From Leidyana gryllorum EB-2025a (lineage: Eukaryota > Protista > Apicomplexa): a stretch of DNA of 64,000 bases. This document shows, one piece after another, positions 1-12,267 of this stretch. Within the stretch, counting starts at the first letter, position 1, and each line of letters opens with the position of its first letter. A program made the translations under genes and the position numbers. The DNA lies in NCBI GenBank assembly GCA_048772705.1, contig JBLWGC010000140.1, positions 1 to 64,000 on the forward strand, read 5' to 3'. The notes beneath the pieces are model-generated. The model made no database searches and had not been told where the DNA came from. It saw only the letters and a program-made list of their open reading frames with translations.

Positions 1-1101
1 AACGCCCCACTTGACTGAAACGGAGACTCCTCCTGTACAAGATGAGGGTAGCTGTAGCCTGGTTGTCCTCCGACATGAGTAGTTATCGCCCTAGTAATTG
101 GCCGCTTTCAGACATTTCTCCATAGATGTGTAACCTTCATCACGTTTTAAGCCAAATCTACGAACGCTCAGCGTCAAAACGCGAGTGGAATTTGGCGACT
201 AACGAGTCTCTCTCAATGATTGGGCTGCTGTTGGGGTGGACTGAACCGCTGGAATTGTGGTTGAGTGCCGCAAGAACCGCAGGATGGCCGGGCTCAGGAG
301 CTAGGGGCACCTTAATTTCGATAGTTACGTGATTGGCAAAATTAGGGGTCTTCACAAGCCTCCCCAAAAGCCTTCAGTCCATGCTGTGCACACTGGAAAG
401 AGGTTAGAGACGGGATATAGACTGACTTGGGATGGGATGCAGTCAGACTCCGACCAATGCCGGTCGGAGTGCACAACGGAGAGTTCGAAGTCTAGGTGTG
501 ACACAATCTTCGAACGCACACACGTGTGCTAAAGCCCCAGCCAGAAAGGGTGTCCCAGTATCTGTGTGTGGGTGGGGTAGGGTTTGTGGTTTAGGTTCGG
601 CACATAGTCCACAATAGTTTGCTTGGCACTTTTAGCGTGCTGTATTTCAGAGGACCGTGGCCCCACCGGCGACTGATTGAGCCCCTTTTATCGTTGGCTC
701 GGATCGGACAGCGAATTTGACCGGCCCGTTCGCATTGGTTTCACCCGTGAGATATGTACAGAGCGGTTGTGGTGCGTCAGTAAGGAGTGAACTTTCGCGT
801 GGTACAGAGTATAATATAGTATATTGGAATTCTTGTGATCATTGATACAGCATCGTAACATAGACGTTAATATATTGACTTTGTTGCTGTGAAGCATCGA
901 GGCGCCAGCGACTGACTTACTGACTGATTGAATACAGCTGGAACCAGACCGCCTTTGATTGACTGTTTCTGCTGTCCCTCCTTATTCTGCTGCCCCAATC
1001 CCGTCTGTTAGTGCTGGCTGGTTGACTTACTGTTTGTTCCTAAGTCTGACTGAAACCGTCTGTTTCGTGGTTGGAGTCTTTTTCTGTGTGTAAAGTGATT
1101 G

Positions 1102-2490
1102 ATGACTCGTCTCGGCTGCTACGGTATCTGGTTTTTGGTGGTGGGGGCGGGTGCCCATTTGAACGTGTCCATTACTGCTGATGAAGGATCCTTTGTGGCT
1201 ATGGCCGAAGTGACCTCCCCGACTGTCAGTTCGGGCACATTGTACAGTATGAGAGCCACCGGATTCCCGATGAAAGAAGGCGTGGAAAATGACAACGGGA
1301 TTGAGCGACTGACTAAATGGGGTCACCGCTTGGCACTCGCTTACTATTGGGACACCATTTGTCCATGCGTGGTGGGCTGCTCTGTCGGTTGCCCCTGGTG
1401 CGAGCACGACACTCGTTATCCGGATTGGTATCCCGAGGACAAGAAACGTCCCACCACGTCGTCCCATGCAGACGCTTGGCCCCCGAACGTTCCCGGAGTC
1501 GCCGACATCGACGCAAAAGGATACAACCAACTATTCGACTGTACAGATCCACTCGATTCCGGTTTTCTTGTGCAGATGGACGAAACTCGGCTCGACCGAG
1601 CCGGCACATACGTGGAGACCACCACTACGTACCAAAGTGACATATGGGTCAATAGCTTCGCTTTCAGTCACCGAAGACCGAACGCAGCGGTCTGGTGGAG
1701 ATACGAGAGCTTCTTTGTTGGCCAATTCGATCTATACGCCAAAACTCGAACTGTCAATGGTTTCTCACTGACCCACGTCCCCCGCCCGGACGAGGAGCCC
1801 ATGGCCACAGTCACCGTCGTACCTCCCGCTGTGAAGTATGACACAGTTTTCTGGCCGATGCCCTTCAATCGTCCCGGCCACCAGGTGGTCGAAGATACAG
1901 TTGAGATCATTGTCACCCCCGACAGCGTCTTCCTCACCCCAGAGGCAGACATACTGATCTGGTTTGATGTGTACGTTCAGCGCGTCGCGGGATACCTCTA
2001 CGCCGACGTTATGCTCTCCAACCAAGATGGAAGCGATGCACTGACTTACGCATTCTATATGCCACGACCAAACTACTTGGTATACCTCAACTCCAACCAC
2101 ACCGAAGGAACCCCATACTTCTTCCAGGGCACACACGAATGGCTGTGTGGGCCCCCAGTGGAACCCTCCATGTGTCGCACTCATGTACAAGACGGCCGTG
2201 TCGTAAACCGCATATATGGCGAATGGGAAGGCCTGGTAGCCCCTTTTGTCAATCGCACCTTATATGATTGGGATCAAAGCTGGGAACACGAGGATCCTAC
2301 TCTCACAGATTGGGATCGCCGGTTCGGCTCCGATCCACTTATGGCCGACAGATTAATTGTTGACAAAAACTTGCAACTCAAGCTCGACCTCGCTGAAGGC
2401 TCTGAAAGTCAAAGAGCGCGCACAAGATCGAAGTATAAAGATTTCAATTATAATGATGAGGATCCCTGGCTGAGCTACAAACTTTACTGA
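1102..2490 (+). CDS. Hypothetical secreted protein (intronless, about 462 aa, Cys cluster, W/Y/D-rich)
   Basis: Long uninterrupted ORF with ATG at 1102. Hydrophobic signal-peptide-like N-terminus (MTRLGCYGIWFLVVGAGA) and CPCVVGCSVGCPWC cluster. No family recognised. Confidence 0.7.
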   Translation: MTRLGCYGIWFLVVGAGAHLNVSITADEGSFVAMAEVTSPTVSSGTLYSMRATGFPMKEGVENDNGIERLTKWGHRLALAYYWDTICPCVVGCSVGCPWCEHDTRYPDWYPEDKKRPTTSSHADAWPPNVPGVADIDAKGYNQLFDCTDPLDSGFLVQMDETRLDRAGTYVETTTTYQSDIWVNSFAFSHRRPNAAVWWRYESFFVGQFDLYAKTRTVNGFSLTHVPRPDEEPMATVTVVPPAVKYDTVFWPMPFNRPGHQVVEDTVEIIVTPDSVFLTPEADILIWFDVYVQRVAGYLYADVMLSNQDGSDALTYAFYMPRPNYLVYLNSNHTEGTPYFFQGTHEWLCGPPVEPSMCRTHVQDGRVVNRIYGEWEGLVAPFVNRTLYDWDQSWEHEDPTLTDWDRRFGSDPLMADRLIVDKNLQLKLDLAEGSESQRARTRSKYKDFNYNDEDPWLSYKLY

Positions 2491-2625
2491 ATAATTGGCT
2501 CAGACAAAGACGTCAAGCTGGGTTTTTTTCCTTCCTCATATTTGTGTTTAAGTATTTAGTATCCGGGAGTCGTCAATCTGTTCTATATCGACTACATTAA
2601 TCACACTATCGGCGCGAAAGGTATC

Positions 2626-3240
2626 ATGCGCATCCTTCAGCAATATGCTACTCCACCAACGCTCAATCGACCAATGCTCAATCGACATGGCAGAGCACGT
2701 TGCCTACAAGCTCATATCTGCGATTTCACTGTGCACGTTGCAGCCAATGTCCACCCTCACCAACTAAATGCGGATTGCCTATTCACATTATGCAAATTGC
2801 AAACACGTGCTGTGCTCTGGGCAGATTACTCTTCGCATCAAGCACATATGTTGCGCACTGTGCATACTCGACGATGCGCGCTCATCATGCCTGCTTTTGC
2901 ACTTGCACATAGAGAATGCGCGTTGCACACATGACATTGCACGCCAGTGTTAATTATGACGTTGCAAATTCACAGTATGCTTCTTGCACATTCGCCGTGC
3001 TCGTTGCAATATCGTTCGCACTCTGCGGGCTCAAAGGTCTTGCGCTCTGCAAGTACAAGGGCGCATTGTGCTTCTCCACAAGCCCTGACATTTGAGAAGT
3101 GAACTTGAGGCTCTCTCAGAAGGACTTTGCACACCTCTGTTGCGCTGCACTAACGTCGTGCATCATCTTATGCGCAGAACTGCATTGATCAGTGCACAAT
3201 ACTGCCGTCCAACGTGCCTAACGTACTGATCGGGCGCGTT
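2626..3240. repeat. TGCA-rich degenerate ~7-bp periodic island (intergenic)
   Basis: Dense TGC/GCA words often spaced 7 nt apart, e.g. 2916-2943 atgcgcg ttgcaca catgaca ttgcacg. Only short C/H/A-rich junk ORFs. Confidence 0.6.
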
Positions 3241-4056
3241 GATACTCTCATCGTTGTGATAGTCCACCATGCATCGTGTTGACATGACGTCTTGCGGGAC
3301 ACAATATATATCTTCTAGTACATTCGCTGAGTGTTTTCCTTTGTCTTTGTTGACGGTTTAGGTATGTGTCAATGGGATTGGCAGTCTCATTCCACTCTGG
3401 ATCTACGTTTGTCAATGAGACTGTTCGATCGCTATCCTTAAATTTGACCTGCTTTGTCACCGCCACCCAGCGCAATGTCCAAGATATCTGCAGCGAGAGA
3501 TTGAAAACCACACCATTTTATCCGGAGCGTTTTTGATCGCTTTCGAGATGTGACATCGAGGCCTCCCCTTTGACTTTGAGAAGAGTGTGACCTGAATCCT
3601 TCAAGGTCAGACAGATGATGCTGTCTTCTCTTGCGTATGCGCCACAACAGTCTGTCACCCTCATCTAATGTGAGGCTTGTGAATGGGCGATAGCCTGGCT
3701 TTGCACCTTCAAGTTGTACGACATCAAGAGCAGGACGCTACATATTTGCAACCCACCTACCCGAAATGGCCCCCCACTATTTCTCTATGTACTACGACTT
3801 ACGCCCACTGGTCATTCGAATTACTGCTACATTGCTCAGACCGAACTTAAATGTTCCCAATAAGAGAGAGGATACACACAAAGGCAGGCTACTCGCCCCT
3901 GGGCAGACTGATTTATTTTGATTTCATTGGACTGCGGAGTAGACATTCAATTCACAGCATCAACCCACAAAGAGATGAGCACTAAATAAATGCACTCTTT
4001 CATTACCCTCGAGTCGTCGTCGTCGTCGGTCTCTCTATCTCTCTGTCTCACACATA

Positions 4057-4092
4057 CGCAAAGAACCGCGCAAAGAACCCCGCAAAGAACCC
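4057..4092 (+). repeat. 12-bp tandem repeat x3 upstream of RPS11
   Basis: cgcaaagaaccg cgcaaagaaccc cgcaaagaaccc. Confidence 0.85.
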
Positions 4093-4251
4093 CTCCCACT
4101 CACTTAAGAGTAACCGTTCAATAGATTCCCGATTCCATGTCAGCCACTCCATATCGATTTGTTCAGAAAATGGGCGCAGTTCTGTCTTAGCTTTTTTTTT
4201 CAAGTCTTTTCCAGTCGCAACCTTCGCGGTTTATCAACAGCAGTTGGCACG

Positions 4252-4842
4252 ATGGTCCACGTTGGAGCGGCGGAACAGCAGGTACGGTACACAAAGTTTG
4301 AATACCCAAGACATCCATCTCATTGCAGAACGAGCGCGCTTACCAAAAGCAGGCTGGCGTCTTCCTCAACGCCAAGAGAGTCGGCGGTGTCAAGAAGGTT
4401 GGCAAGAGCAAGAGATGGGTCAAGGACGTCGGACTCGGCTTCCAAACTCCCTCTGCTGCCAGAGAGGGTGGCTACATTGACAAGAAGTGCCCCTTTACCG
4501 GCCAAGTCTCTATCCGTGGACGTATCCTCAAGTAAGTTTGATATCCGGGGCAAAAGCTAAAATACCTAACTGACACGCAGGGGCATGATTATCTCTACCA
4601 AGATGAAGAGAACTGTTGTCGTCCGTCGTCACTACCTCCACTATGTACCCAAGTACAACCGTTTCGAGAAGCGTCACAAAAACATCTCCGTCCACTGCTC
4701 CCCAGCCTTTGAGGTCAAGGAAGGTGACATCGTCACCATCGGCGAGTGCCGCCCTCTGTCCAAGACTGTGACCTTCAACGTCCTCAAGGTTGAACCCAAA
4801 CAGATTTTCGGGTCTGCCAAGAAGCAATTCTGCCTCTTCTAA
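4252..4842 (+). CDS. RPS11: 40S ribosomal protein S11 (uS17); exons 4252-4281, 4329-4531, 4581-4842
   Basis: [26 protein letters not shown] and [20 protein letters not shown] motifs. Two GT-AG introns restore the frame. Confidence 0.97.
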
Positions 4843-5063
4843 ACAGCTGCGTACATGCGATCGTGTCTTCGTGACCACCCACTGTATCCATCAACCACCA
4901 ACGACCTTGTAACTAACTATCTGCTGTTGCGATCGGACCTACAGACAGACTGAATCGACAATCTGACTGATTGACTGACTGATCCCTTGTGATGATATGG
5001 CGAACGAGCATCCTGTTGTTGGTATCCCAGAAACAGCAACAGGTGGGTGGCATTCATAAAGGG

Positions 5064-6175
5064 TCATTCCCAGCCAGTGAGGAAGCTGCTCAGACCTCGA
5101 TCCAATTCTACAAGTCGTTGTGTTTCCCCAGACTCAACTGGAGATGACATTCCCAGTGTACTGCAGTCGTCTTCGCCTTCTTTGCATCCACTGGTGGCAG
5201 AGCGCTGGGTTGGAGGTCTGCTGGAGTCGGCAACCATCTGGATGGGAACAGCTATAAGTCCGTCGGGCAGTAATTCCGCGCGCAGTTGCTCCTCGTTGTA
5301 CTTGCCGTAGCGCACTTCAGTTTGAAACAGCTCATCAAACAGTTCAAACGATGGGGTGAGACCAATGAGGTCGCCAGTATACAACTGACGTTGCATACGT
5401 GGCTGAAAGATGACCAGTGACAAGGAGTTGACTCCGCGAGTGTCACGTATTCCCCGCTGTAAATAGGTCAAAGAACGGCAGAGGCTTTCTTTCTCCTTGG
5501 CGCGGCGATCGAACTCTTGACGAATTTTATCCTCGCCCACGAGGTGACGAACCGATCCGTCGACTATCTCAGGACCTTCGAAAGATCCCACTGGGAAGGA
5601 ATCTGGGTCACGGAGCTCTCCGAGACCATGTGCTGCGTGATAAAGGAGTCATGGCCAGTGAAAATGATGGCACACGTGTGTGTGCCTTGGAGACACAGCG
5701 CATAATCACAGGCAAACCATGCAGAGCGAGTATCTTATGGTGAGCATGGAAGCACACACACGGGCCTTATCTAAAAGGTTTTGTTGGGTAGCTTACCGAA
5801 TGGACAGAAAGGTTTGCGGCATCCGGGCCAATCGCGACATATCTGTGTTTTGTATACCAAGGGATGGTACATTTGTTCCTCTTTCGTGTGGGCAAATAGA
5901 CAGTGGCGTCCACGGCGGCACCAGGTTTTGACTTTCATGCGCTTGGCTTCGGTCCAAAAGCGCGTATTGGGGCATAGTAAGGGTCTATAAGCAAAGACAA
6001 AGGGGTTTCTGCGGTGCCAGCTAAGGCAGTGGGAGAATGGACAACGTTCGCCCTCGGCGCAATAGGCGGTAGCGGCTTTGAGGCGGCATAGTTCCGTACG
6101 GAATAAAGATAGCTGCAAAATTGAAAGGGGTTCGGAGGGTGAGAAATCAACAATTTCAGGTGGCCCAGAGGCCAT
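5064..6175 (-). CDS. CCCH zinc-finger protein (Unkempt-like tandem C3H1); intron about 5633-5796
   Basis: FRTELC..C..CPFSH, CRRGRHCLFAH and YHPLVYKTQICRDWPGCRKPFCPF|AHG motifs. The splice gives F-A-H-G-L-G-E-L-R. Confidence 0.85.
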
Positions 6176-6312
6176 GGTGGATCAAAACTTGATGTCTGCC
6201 CGATTTGAGTTTGGCAAACAACAGTGTGCGCAGTAGAAATTCTTTTTGCGAAAGAAGAGGTCCTGGGGCCACCGGCTGGGGTAATATCTGACAATACTTT
6301 ACTCCTCGTCTG

Positions 6313-7830
6313 ATGCTCGTTGGGTGCTGCAATGATAGCGACGACCCCCCGTTGAAAGGTGATAATATAGTTGCGGGGGAGGGAAACCCCGCCAATTACT
6401 TGCAACAAGCATTCGATGAGTTGACTGAAGCCGAAAAAGATTTCCGGGCGGCGAAAGCCCGTCAGATCGAACTGGAGAAACAGATCGTTCACTACGAAGA
6501 AGCTGTCACTAAACAGCGAGAAACTGCCCCCACTACGCGCTCGCCTAGTGACAATCGGGTTACGTTCCGTTCGTCTCGCAATGGAATCGATTTAGGTGCC
6601 ACGGCTGGGGACATTGGTGCTGCTGGAGTGGACAGTGACTCTGAAAGGGATCCGCGTGGCAGCAGTGGCTGTCTACCGTCTCTCCGGCGAATTAAATTCT
6701 TCCGACGTTCCCATCGGCAGCGTAAACAGCGCCGCCCTTCCGTTGTTGACCTACGAAATCTTCCGTACTCTAAGTCGACTTCCAAATCAAGTTGGTTACC
6801 CGACGAAGAAGACTCGTCCTCTTCCAGTTCGTCCTCTACATCGCTTCTGACTGCTTCCACCAGCGCTTCAATAAGTGAAATAGAGGAAGAGTTGATTGTA
6901 GCAAAGCGTGAGGTCGATCATTTGAGGCGACGACTCTGCGGTATTTTACGACACATCGACTCCCTAACCCCCGATGGGACCCCTAAACGCGCCTCGTTCC
7001 TCGAACAGCTCGACGAAGAAGAGGCCGCACGGGTAACACGGTTGCGCCGAACCTTTATAACCGCCGCAATTGTGGATTTATGGCTCTATGATTCGGAAAC
7101 ACTCAACGGCAAACTCAAAACCAGCGTTCTCGAGCATCCCGCTCCAATTCTGGCCGCCGTTGCCGCTGATCTGTCCCTTATCGCTAAGTACAAGAGACAC
7201 TGGCCCGAAAAAGAGAGTCGTGCCGACGTGTCCAAGGCATATCGTAGCCTTGCCATTCTGGCCAACATTCTCATTCCGTCGCCAGAAGTCGATGATGAAG
7301 AAATTGCCCCGAGCCAGTTTTTGGACTCTATCCGAGATACTCCAGAGGATATATTGGACATTTTTGTCGACAGTCGAGAGGTATACGAGCCCCTAATGAA
7401 CCATTTGGTAAGTGTCTCTCAAATGATAATGTTGCGCAACGCACAGTCAAATCTGATCTTCGCATGACGTTGTGCACCGAAGAATTTGATCTTCGCTTGC
7501 ATCATAATGACGTTGTGCACCGAAGAATTTGATCTTTGCTTGCACCCATCGCCATTTTCGATATACGTCATCTTCTTCTCATCACAGGCTCCACGATGGT
7601 CTGAACTCACAAGAGGCGCTGAGCGCTATCGCTCGTTGGTCGACCTCTGCCAGTCTGAACCGCTGTGTATGATGACTGAAATCAATACGATGAAAAAATT
7701 CCGACGACGTCTGGCGGCCCGGTATTGTCGAGAAGAGAGCAAACGCTCAAGTGGTGGTAGCAGCAGTCCAGCACCAACGTTCTCTTTGTCTAACTTCGAT
7801 GATACACTGTCCCAGAAACCCAGCGATTGA
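6313..7830 (+). CDS. Hypothetical protein with coiled coil and N-terminal CC; intron 7408-7587
   Basis: A 384-aa ORF joins in phase 0 (gtaagt...cacag) to an exon beginning APRWSEL. Confidence 0.7.
7464..7545 (+). repeat. 43-bp tandem duplication (TGCA-type) inside intron
   Basis: atgacgttgtgcaccgaagaatttgatctt(c/t)gcttgca at 7464 and 7507. Confidence 0.85.
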
Positions 7831-10800
7831 TTCCTCGTCCAGACAATAGTCGCCCAACTGCGTCAACTCGCATGGCCCGTTTCTGCGTGTAGTGAGGCTC
7901 CAAACCCGCAGGCAATCCTCCACGACGATACTTGAATGAGGGCGTAGCTCGTGTGCCTCCCAGAGGAAAAGCTTGGCCACCAACTCCGCCAGCTGCCGCT
8001 GCTGCCTTGTCGGCATCGTGTCTACTGGCCCATGTCGGTAGAAAAGCAGAGCATCCGATCTCGTGTAAGTGAATCAAATACGGTAGAATAAAGACGGCGA
8101 ATAGGCGCCGCTCGAAACGACTGAGAGACAACCCCAGAGAATAGTAGTGAAACACCAAAACTTCCATAAGATTGCACAGTACCACCAAACGCTGGCTTCC
8201 TGCGGAACGCACGGGCGACAAAAGCAGCAGAATGGGCATGGAGATGAGTGCCGCGGCCACCGCCCACCCACACAACACTTTGTAGGGAATTGAAGTCAGG
8301 ACCACGGGGAGGACCAGATTGACCTACGGAAATCATGCATTGTTTAATGTGCACATCAGTTTGCGCAAAGTGCAACTCTCAGCGACGCAAAGTGCAACTC
8401 TAAGCAGCGCAAAGTGCAGCTCTCAGCGACGCAAAGTGCAAGTCGAGCAGCGCGAAGTGCAATTCTGAACTCACTTGTAGCAAGAGGACAGGAGCGACCC
8501 ATAGCAGCCCCTCCCCTTCAGGCAGTCTGACCATATACTGCAAGCAGTTTGCTATCCTGTGTTCTTGGGAGTGAAGGAGGAAAGATGTGAATGACGTACG
8601 AGCAGGAAACGGTGACAACCTGGATCCAGGTGGTGGTATAGGCCCTTGGCTCCCAGGTCTTTTGGGGAGGGCCATTCCCAATGCGAGTTTCGTCTCTGCG
8701 TGTTGCAATAGCGTCAGCAAAGGAGGCCCCGGAGAAAATGAGGCAGACCCCGATGAGATAGTGGATACTGATGCTTGAGGCGATGGAGCGGAAGGAGGTT
8801 TCAGTGTGGGCTGAGAAGGAGTAGAAGGCGAGCCAGCTGCCGATACAGCCCCAGATATTCAATGCCGCACCGCACATATAAGAGTAGAGCCTCTCACTGA
8901 GTGTGGGTTGCAGGAAGACGGCGTTCCAATCCTGGAACCAGCGTTCATAGATGGCGCTGTCGAATGCGAGGGAGGCCTGTATAGCCCTTTGTCGCTGTAT
9001 AGGGTGTGACGGAGGGACTGACTGTGAGGGCCACAGCGGGCACTCACCGACTGTTGGAAGGGCATTAGTGGGGGTTGTTGCCAGGTGGCGGCTCCGACGA
9101 TAAAGTGGTGTCGTCGGATGATGGCACCGAGCATCCGGTGGCGATGTGCCTGAACGAATCGACCCAAGCTCTCTGTATATGGGATGAGAAGATTGCGGTG
9201 GCGCGGTTTGACGGTACCCCACCTCTCAGACTCCAACGGCCACAGCGCCATCCCGGAACATCGGATCCGCGCAGTTCCGAGTCCATATCTGTCATGGTGG
9301 CGTTCTCGCTCTCGTGTGAGTTGAAAGTCATGCTGGTCTGCATGAGAGGTGATGATATCCGGGGAGGGGTAACCTAACTGAGTCGCCCCAAGTTGGGGAA
9401 GCTGTCAGTGCTGTGGAGGACATTGCGCTACAATTTCGGAGCTCACTGGCTGCTGAGCTCGCCAAAGCCGAGGTATAGGTGTTGCTGCGGCTGACGTGGT
9501 CTGCCGCGACGGTTGAGGTCGTCACACCTCCCGGGGGCGGCTGGGCGGCCGGAGACACCGCCACACTTTTGCGCCCCCCCTTCACTTTCCGTACCAACCG
9601 ACGTATCCCATATTGATAGCGATAAACCTCATCGTCTGGGGGCCGTCCGGAACTCTGGCTTGAAAAGCACCAGAGGCGCGCATTGTAGGGACACAGCACT
9701 CTGATTGACGCGTTGCACTCACCGAATGGCCGGACGATGACGTTTCTCCTTTATTCTCTCAGTGTAATCCAAATAGTTCCACGTTATACCGCTCCGTCGG
9801 GTTCTCTTTGCTCTGCGCGAAGGTGTGTGGGGAAGGGAGGGGGGCGGAAATTTGACGCGAAGGTGTGTGGGGAAGGGGGGCGGAAATTTGACGCTCACGG
9901 AGGTCTTAGAGAGAGAGAGGTCTCAACAGGCGGTATCGCCTGGAGGGATCCGGCTTCTTGGTGACGTCCTTCTTTCTTCCAGTCGGGTGGGGTTGCGGGA
10001 GTCTCAGCGGTTGGCGTCTCTGATCCCAAGGACATTCTGTGTCAGTGATGGACAAAGACGGGGCGGGGCGCCTCTCTCACTTGTTGCCCGCTGCTTCGCT
10101 GAGCATGTCGTCTGACGAGGGTCGCTGATCCCAAGTTAGGGGTTCAGGAGGGCCGCTTTGGGCGTGTCGGCGCTCGGCGTTGGTGTGCCATTGTGAGCGT
10201 TGCATCATTCGTCTTAATTCGAGAGCGTATCCCGCCCCGTGAAACAACTTGTTGGTCGCACGAGTACCCAGAATCCGTTTCTTTCTGTACCTATGGTGAC
10301 GAATGGGGCCGTCGCTGCGATCGATAGGCAGTGAAACCTACAAGGCCGCGTCGTTCTTGATCTGCTGGGCAGCCACGGCTTCGATCATACACAAGAGGTC
10401 GTGGGCCGCAGCCATGGTCTCGGCGTTATCGAACAACACAGTCGGCGGGGACACCGAGGAGTCCGGATCGGGTACTTGTGGCCGACTCCTTTGCCACTTA
10501 ATTCGAGGTCGAGCCATTGCTGGCAATGGAAAGTGGTTATCAGAGTCGATAGATGGAGCTGTGTCGACACCGATCTGCGGTGTCCGCACTCCGTTCAACG
10601 ACTCCTGCCATTGTGGCAAATCTGCACTCCCAGGAGCCTCAAAAACGGGACTGGCGACATACGACGTCATAGATCGTGATTGAGTCTGCAAGCAACCAAT
10701 CAATCATCACTCTTTTTCACTCACAAAGTCTGCCCATTCCATAACCATCGACCCCCCCGTACTGAAGTGGTCAATCACCGACCCGTCCTCCACATCGAAA

Positions 10801-12077
10801 GCGCTAGAAGGAAACCTACACACACACAGTCACCCTCTTGAGACCTCCAATACTGCCTCAGATCTTACGAGAGAGGGAAACTATCCCATTCCGATCCGTG
10901 CTCGGATCTACCCGATGACACATCCTGTTGAAACGATCGACCAGCTGGGACAGTTGGCGTCTCTGGACCGCGCCCAAACTAAAATGGGGCCAGTCAGATG
11001 TGCAGCAGCAAACGCGTGTGTGTGTGTGTGTGGGCAGAGCACACGTGTGTGGGAGAGAGACACGGGGGTACGAAAAGCGCCAATTCATGTGGAGAGGCCT
11101 CACCTCGCGAGCAAGGCTGATGAGGGGGTCCTCGGGGGAAGCTGATGACGGTTGGCTCTGAGATGAAACGGTGAAGCCATTATTGTCAGCTGATTGTATG
11201 AGAAAAGTCTGTAGAGCGGTTAGGGCTTGTAAGTGGAGGGGCTCAAGGTAGGGGAGGGAAGTAGCGGCACTGAGGGGGTCCGACTCTGCACAGAGATGTC
11301 TCAGAGCGGCGTTGTATATCTTCTGATGGATCAAAGTTCCTAGAATGGGGATGTACGGGTAGAGTATCATGAGACCGATAAAAGTACTCTTCTGGAACCC
11401 AAGTAGTGAAAGTTGAAAGGTGAGATGAGCAGCAAGAGGGATCAGGATTATGATAACGGTCACCAATGAATGGACGCCCGAGATGGTCACTGAAAAGACC
11501 GCCATCCAATCCAACGATTGTAACAGGACCATTGACTGATTCTCCGGACCCTCATATATGAGGGCCAGAACAGCCGTGGCGAGCACCCCACATAGTAAAC
11601 CGGCCGAACAGATGAAGGGTTCGACATGGCGTTTCAGGGGGAGAATTGATAGCCAATAGAACACGAAACAACTGGAGATAAGGAAGGTTTGAGTTGCCAG
11701 ACACCATCTGGCTTTGTTTCCCTGCAGCACGGAGATATCCTGTTTATCAGCCATTAGGGCTCAGCCATTGTCTAATTGAACACACACACATCCATCAAAC
11801 GTCAGAAAGAGTGCACTGTTTGACGATAGAACACGTCTGAGGGGGTGCCACCCTCACGTGTGTGGCTTGACACACTCCCACACACCCCCACCACACACAC
11901 ACACACGCGGGCATACACACACACACACACACGGATAGTTCGGCTTACATTCAGGGGATTGTCGAACCGCATAACGACGGCCAGACCAGCGCTGAGATAT
12001 TTGACGAGGGAGAGGGCGACGAGTGTGAAGAGGGCCTTATTTGATGGGTTGATGAGGATATGTCTTAAGGGCCTCAT
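7790..12077 (-). CDS. Multi-exon multi-pass membrane protein with two hydrophobic clusters (may be two genes)
   Basis: Co-oriented ORF pieces 11802-12077, 10858-11754, 10338-10703, 9328-9699, 9065-9343, 8518-9222 and 7790-8305 with GT-AG introns (e.g. 8324-8474, 9813-9898). Many TM-like segments. Confidence 0.55.
8365..8470 (+). repeat. 22-bp tandem minisatellite x~4.5 (TGCA-type) inside intron 8324-8474
   Basis: gcaaagtgcaactctcagcgac / gcaaagtgcaactctaagcagc / gcaaagtgcagctctcagcgac / gcaaagtgcaagtcgagcagc / gcgaagtgcaattc. Confidence 0.9.
9816..9894 (+). repeat. 40-bp G-rich direct repeat x2 in intron
   Basis: cgcgaaggtgtgtggggaaggg..gggcggaaatttga at 9816 and 9856. Confidence 0.85.
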
Positions 12078-12267
12078 GGTGGCTACCTGAGCTAAAAAAG
12101 TCTGAGCTGATCATCTCCGCTGCTAGTATTTGTATTGGACAATGTGTAATGAGTGATGTGGGGATGTGTCTGATTGTCCAACCCTCCAGCGAGGTCACCT
12201 AGTAGTTTCTTGGTCTTTCAACAAAAAAGGCATATCAAGTGAGTGAGCCAGCCTGCCTTCAAGTCCA

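Noticed and set aside
570-600. Telomere-like words (tagggttt, ggtttagg); similar at 10135-10148
   Set aside because: Too short and degenerate to call interstitial telomeric repeats.
1-620. Short ORFs at the window start, possibly exons of a minus-strand gene
   Set aside because: No consistent splice model or recognisable motif could be built.
905-1055. GACT/CTGA-rich tract (also 4940-4985 and 60945-61010)
   Set aside because: Looks like a degenerate tetranucleotide microsatellite in UTRs; no further structure found.
3248-3760. Short minus-strand ORFs, possible small gene or decayed element
   Set aside because: No recognisable domain and no convincing start or splice structure.
8365-8470. 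22-bp repeats as a CRISPR array
   Set aside because: Contiguous tandem units with no unique spacers, inside a spliceosomal intron, and no cas genes.
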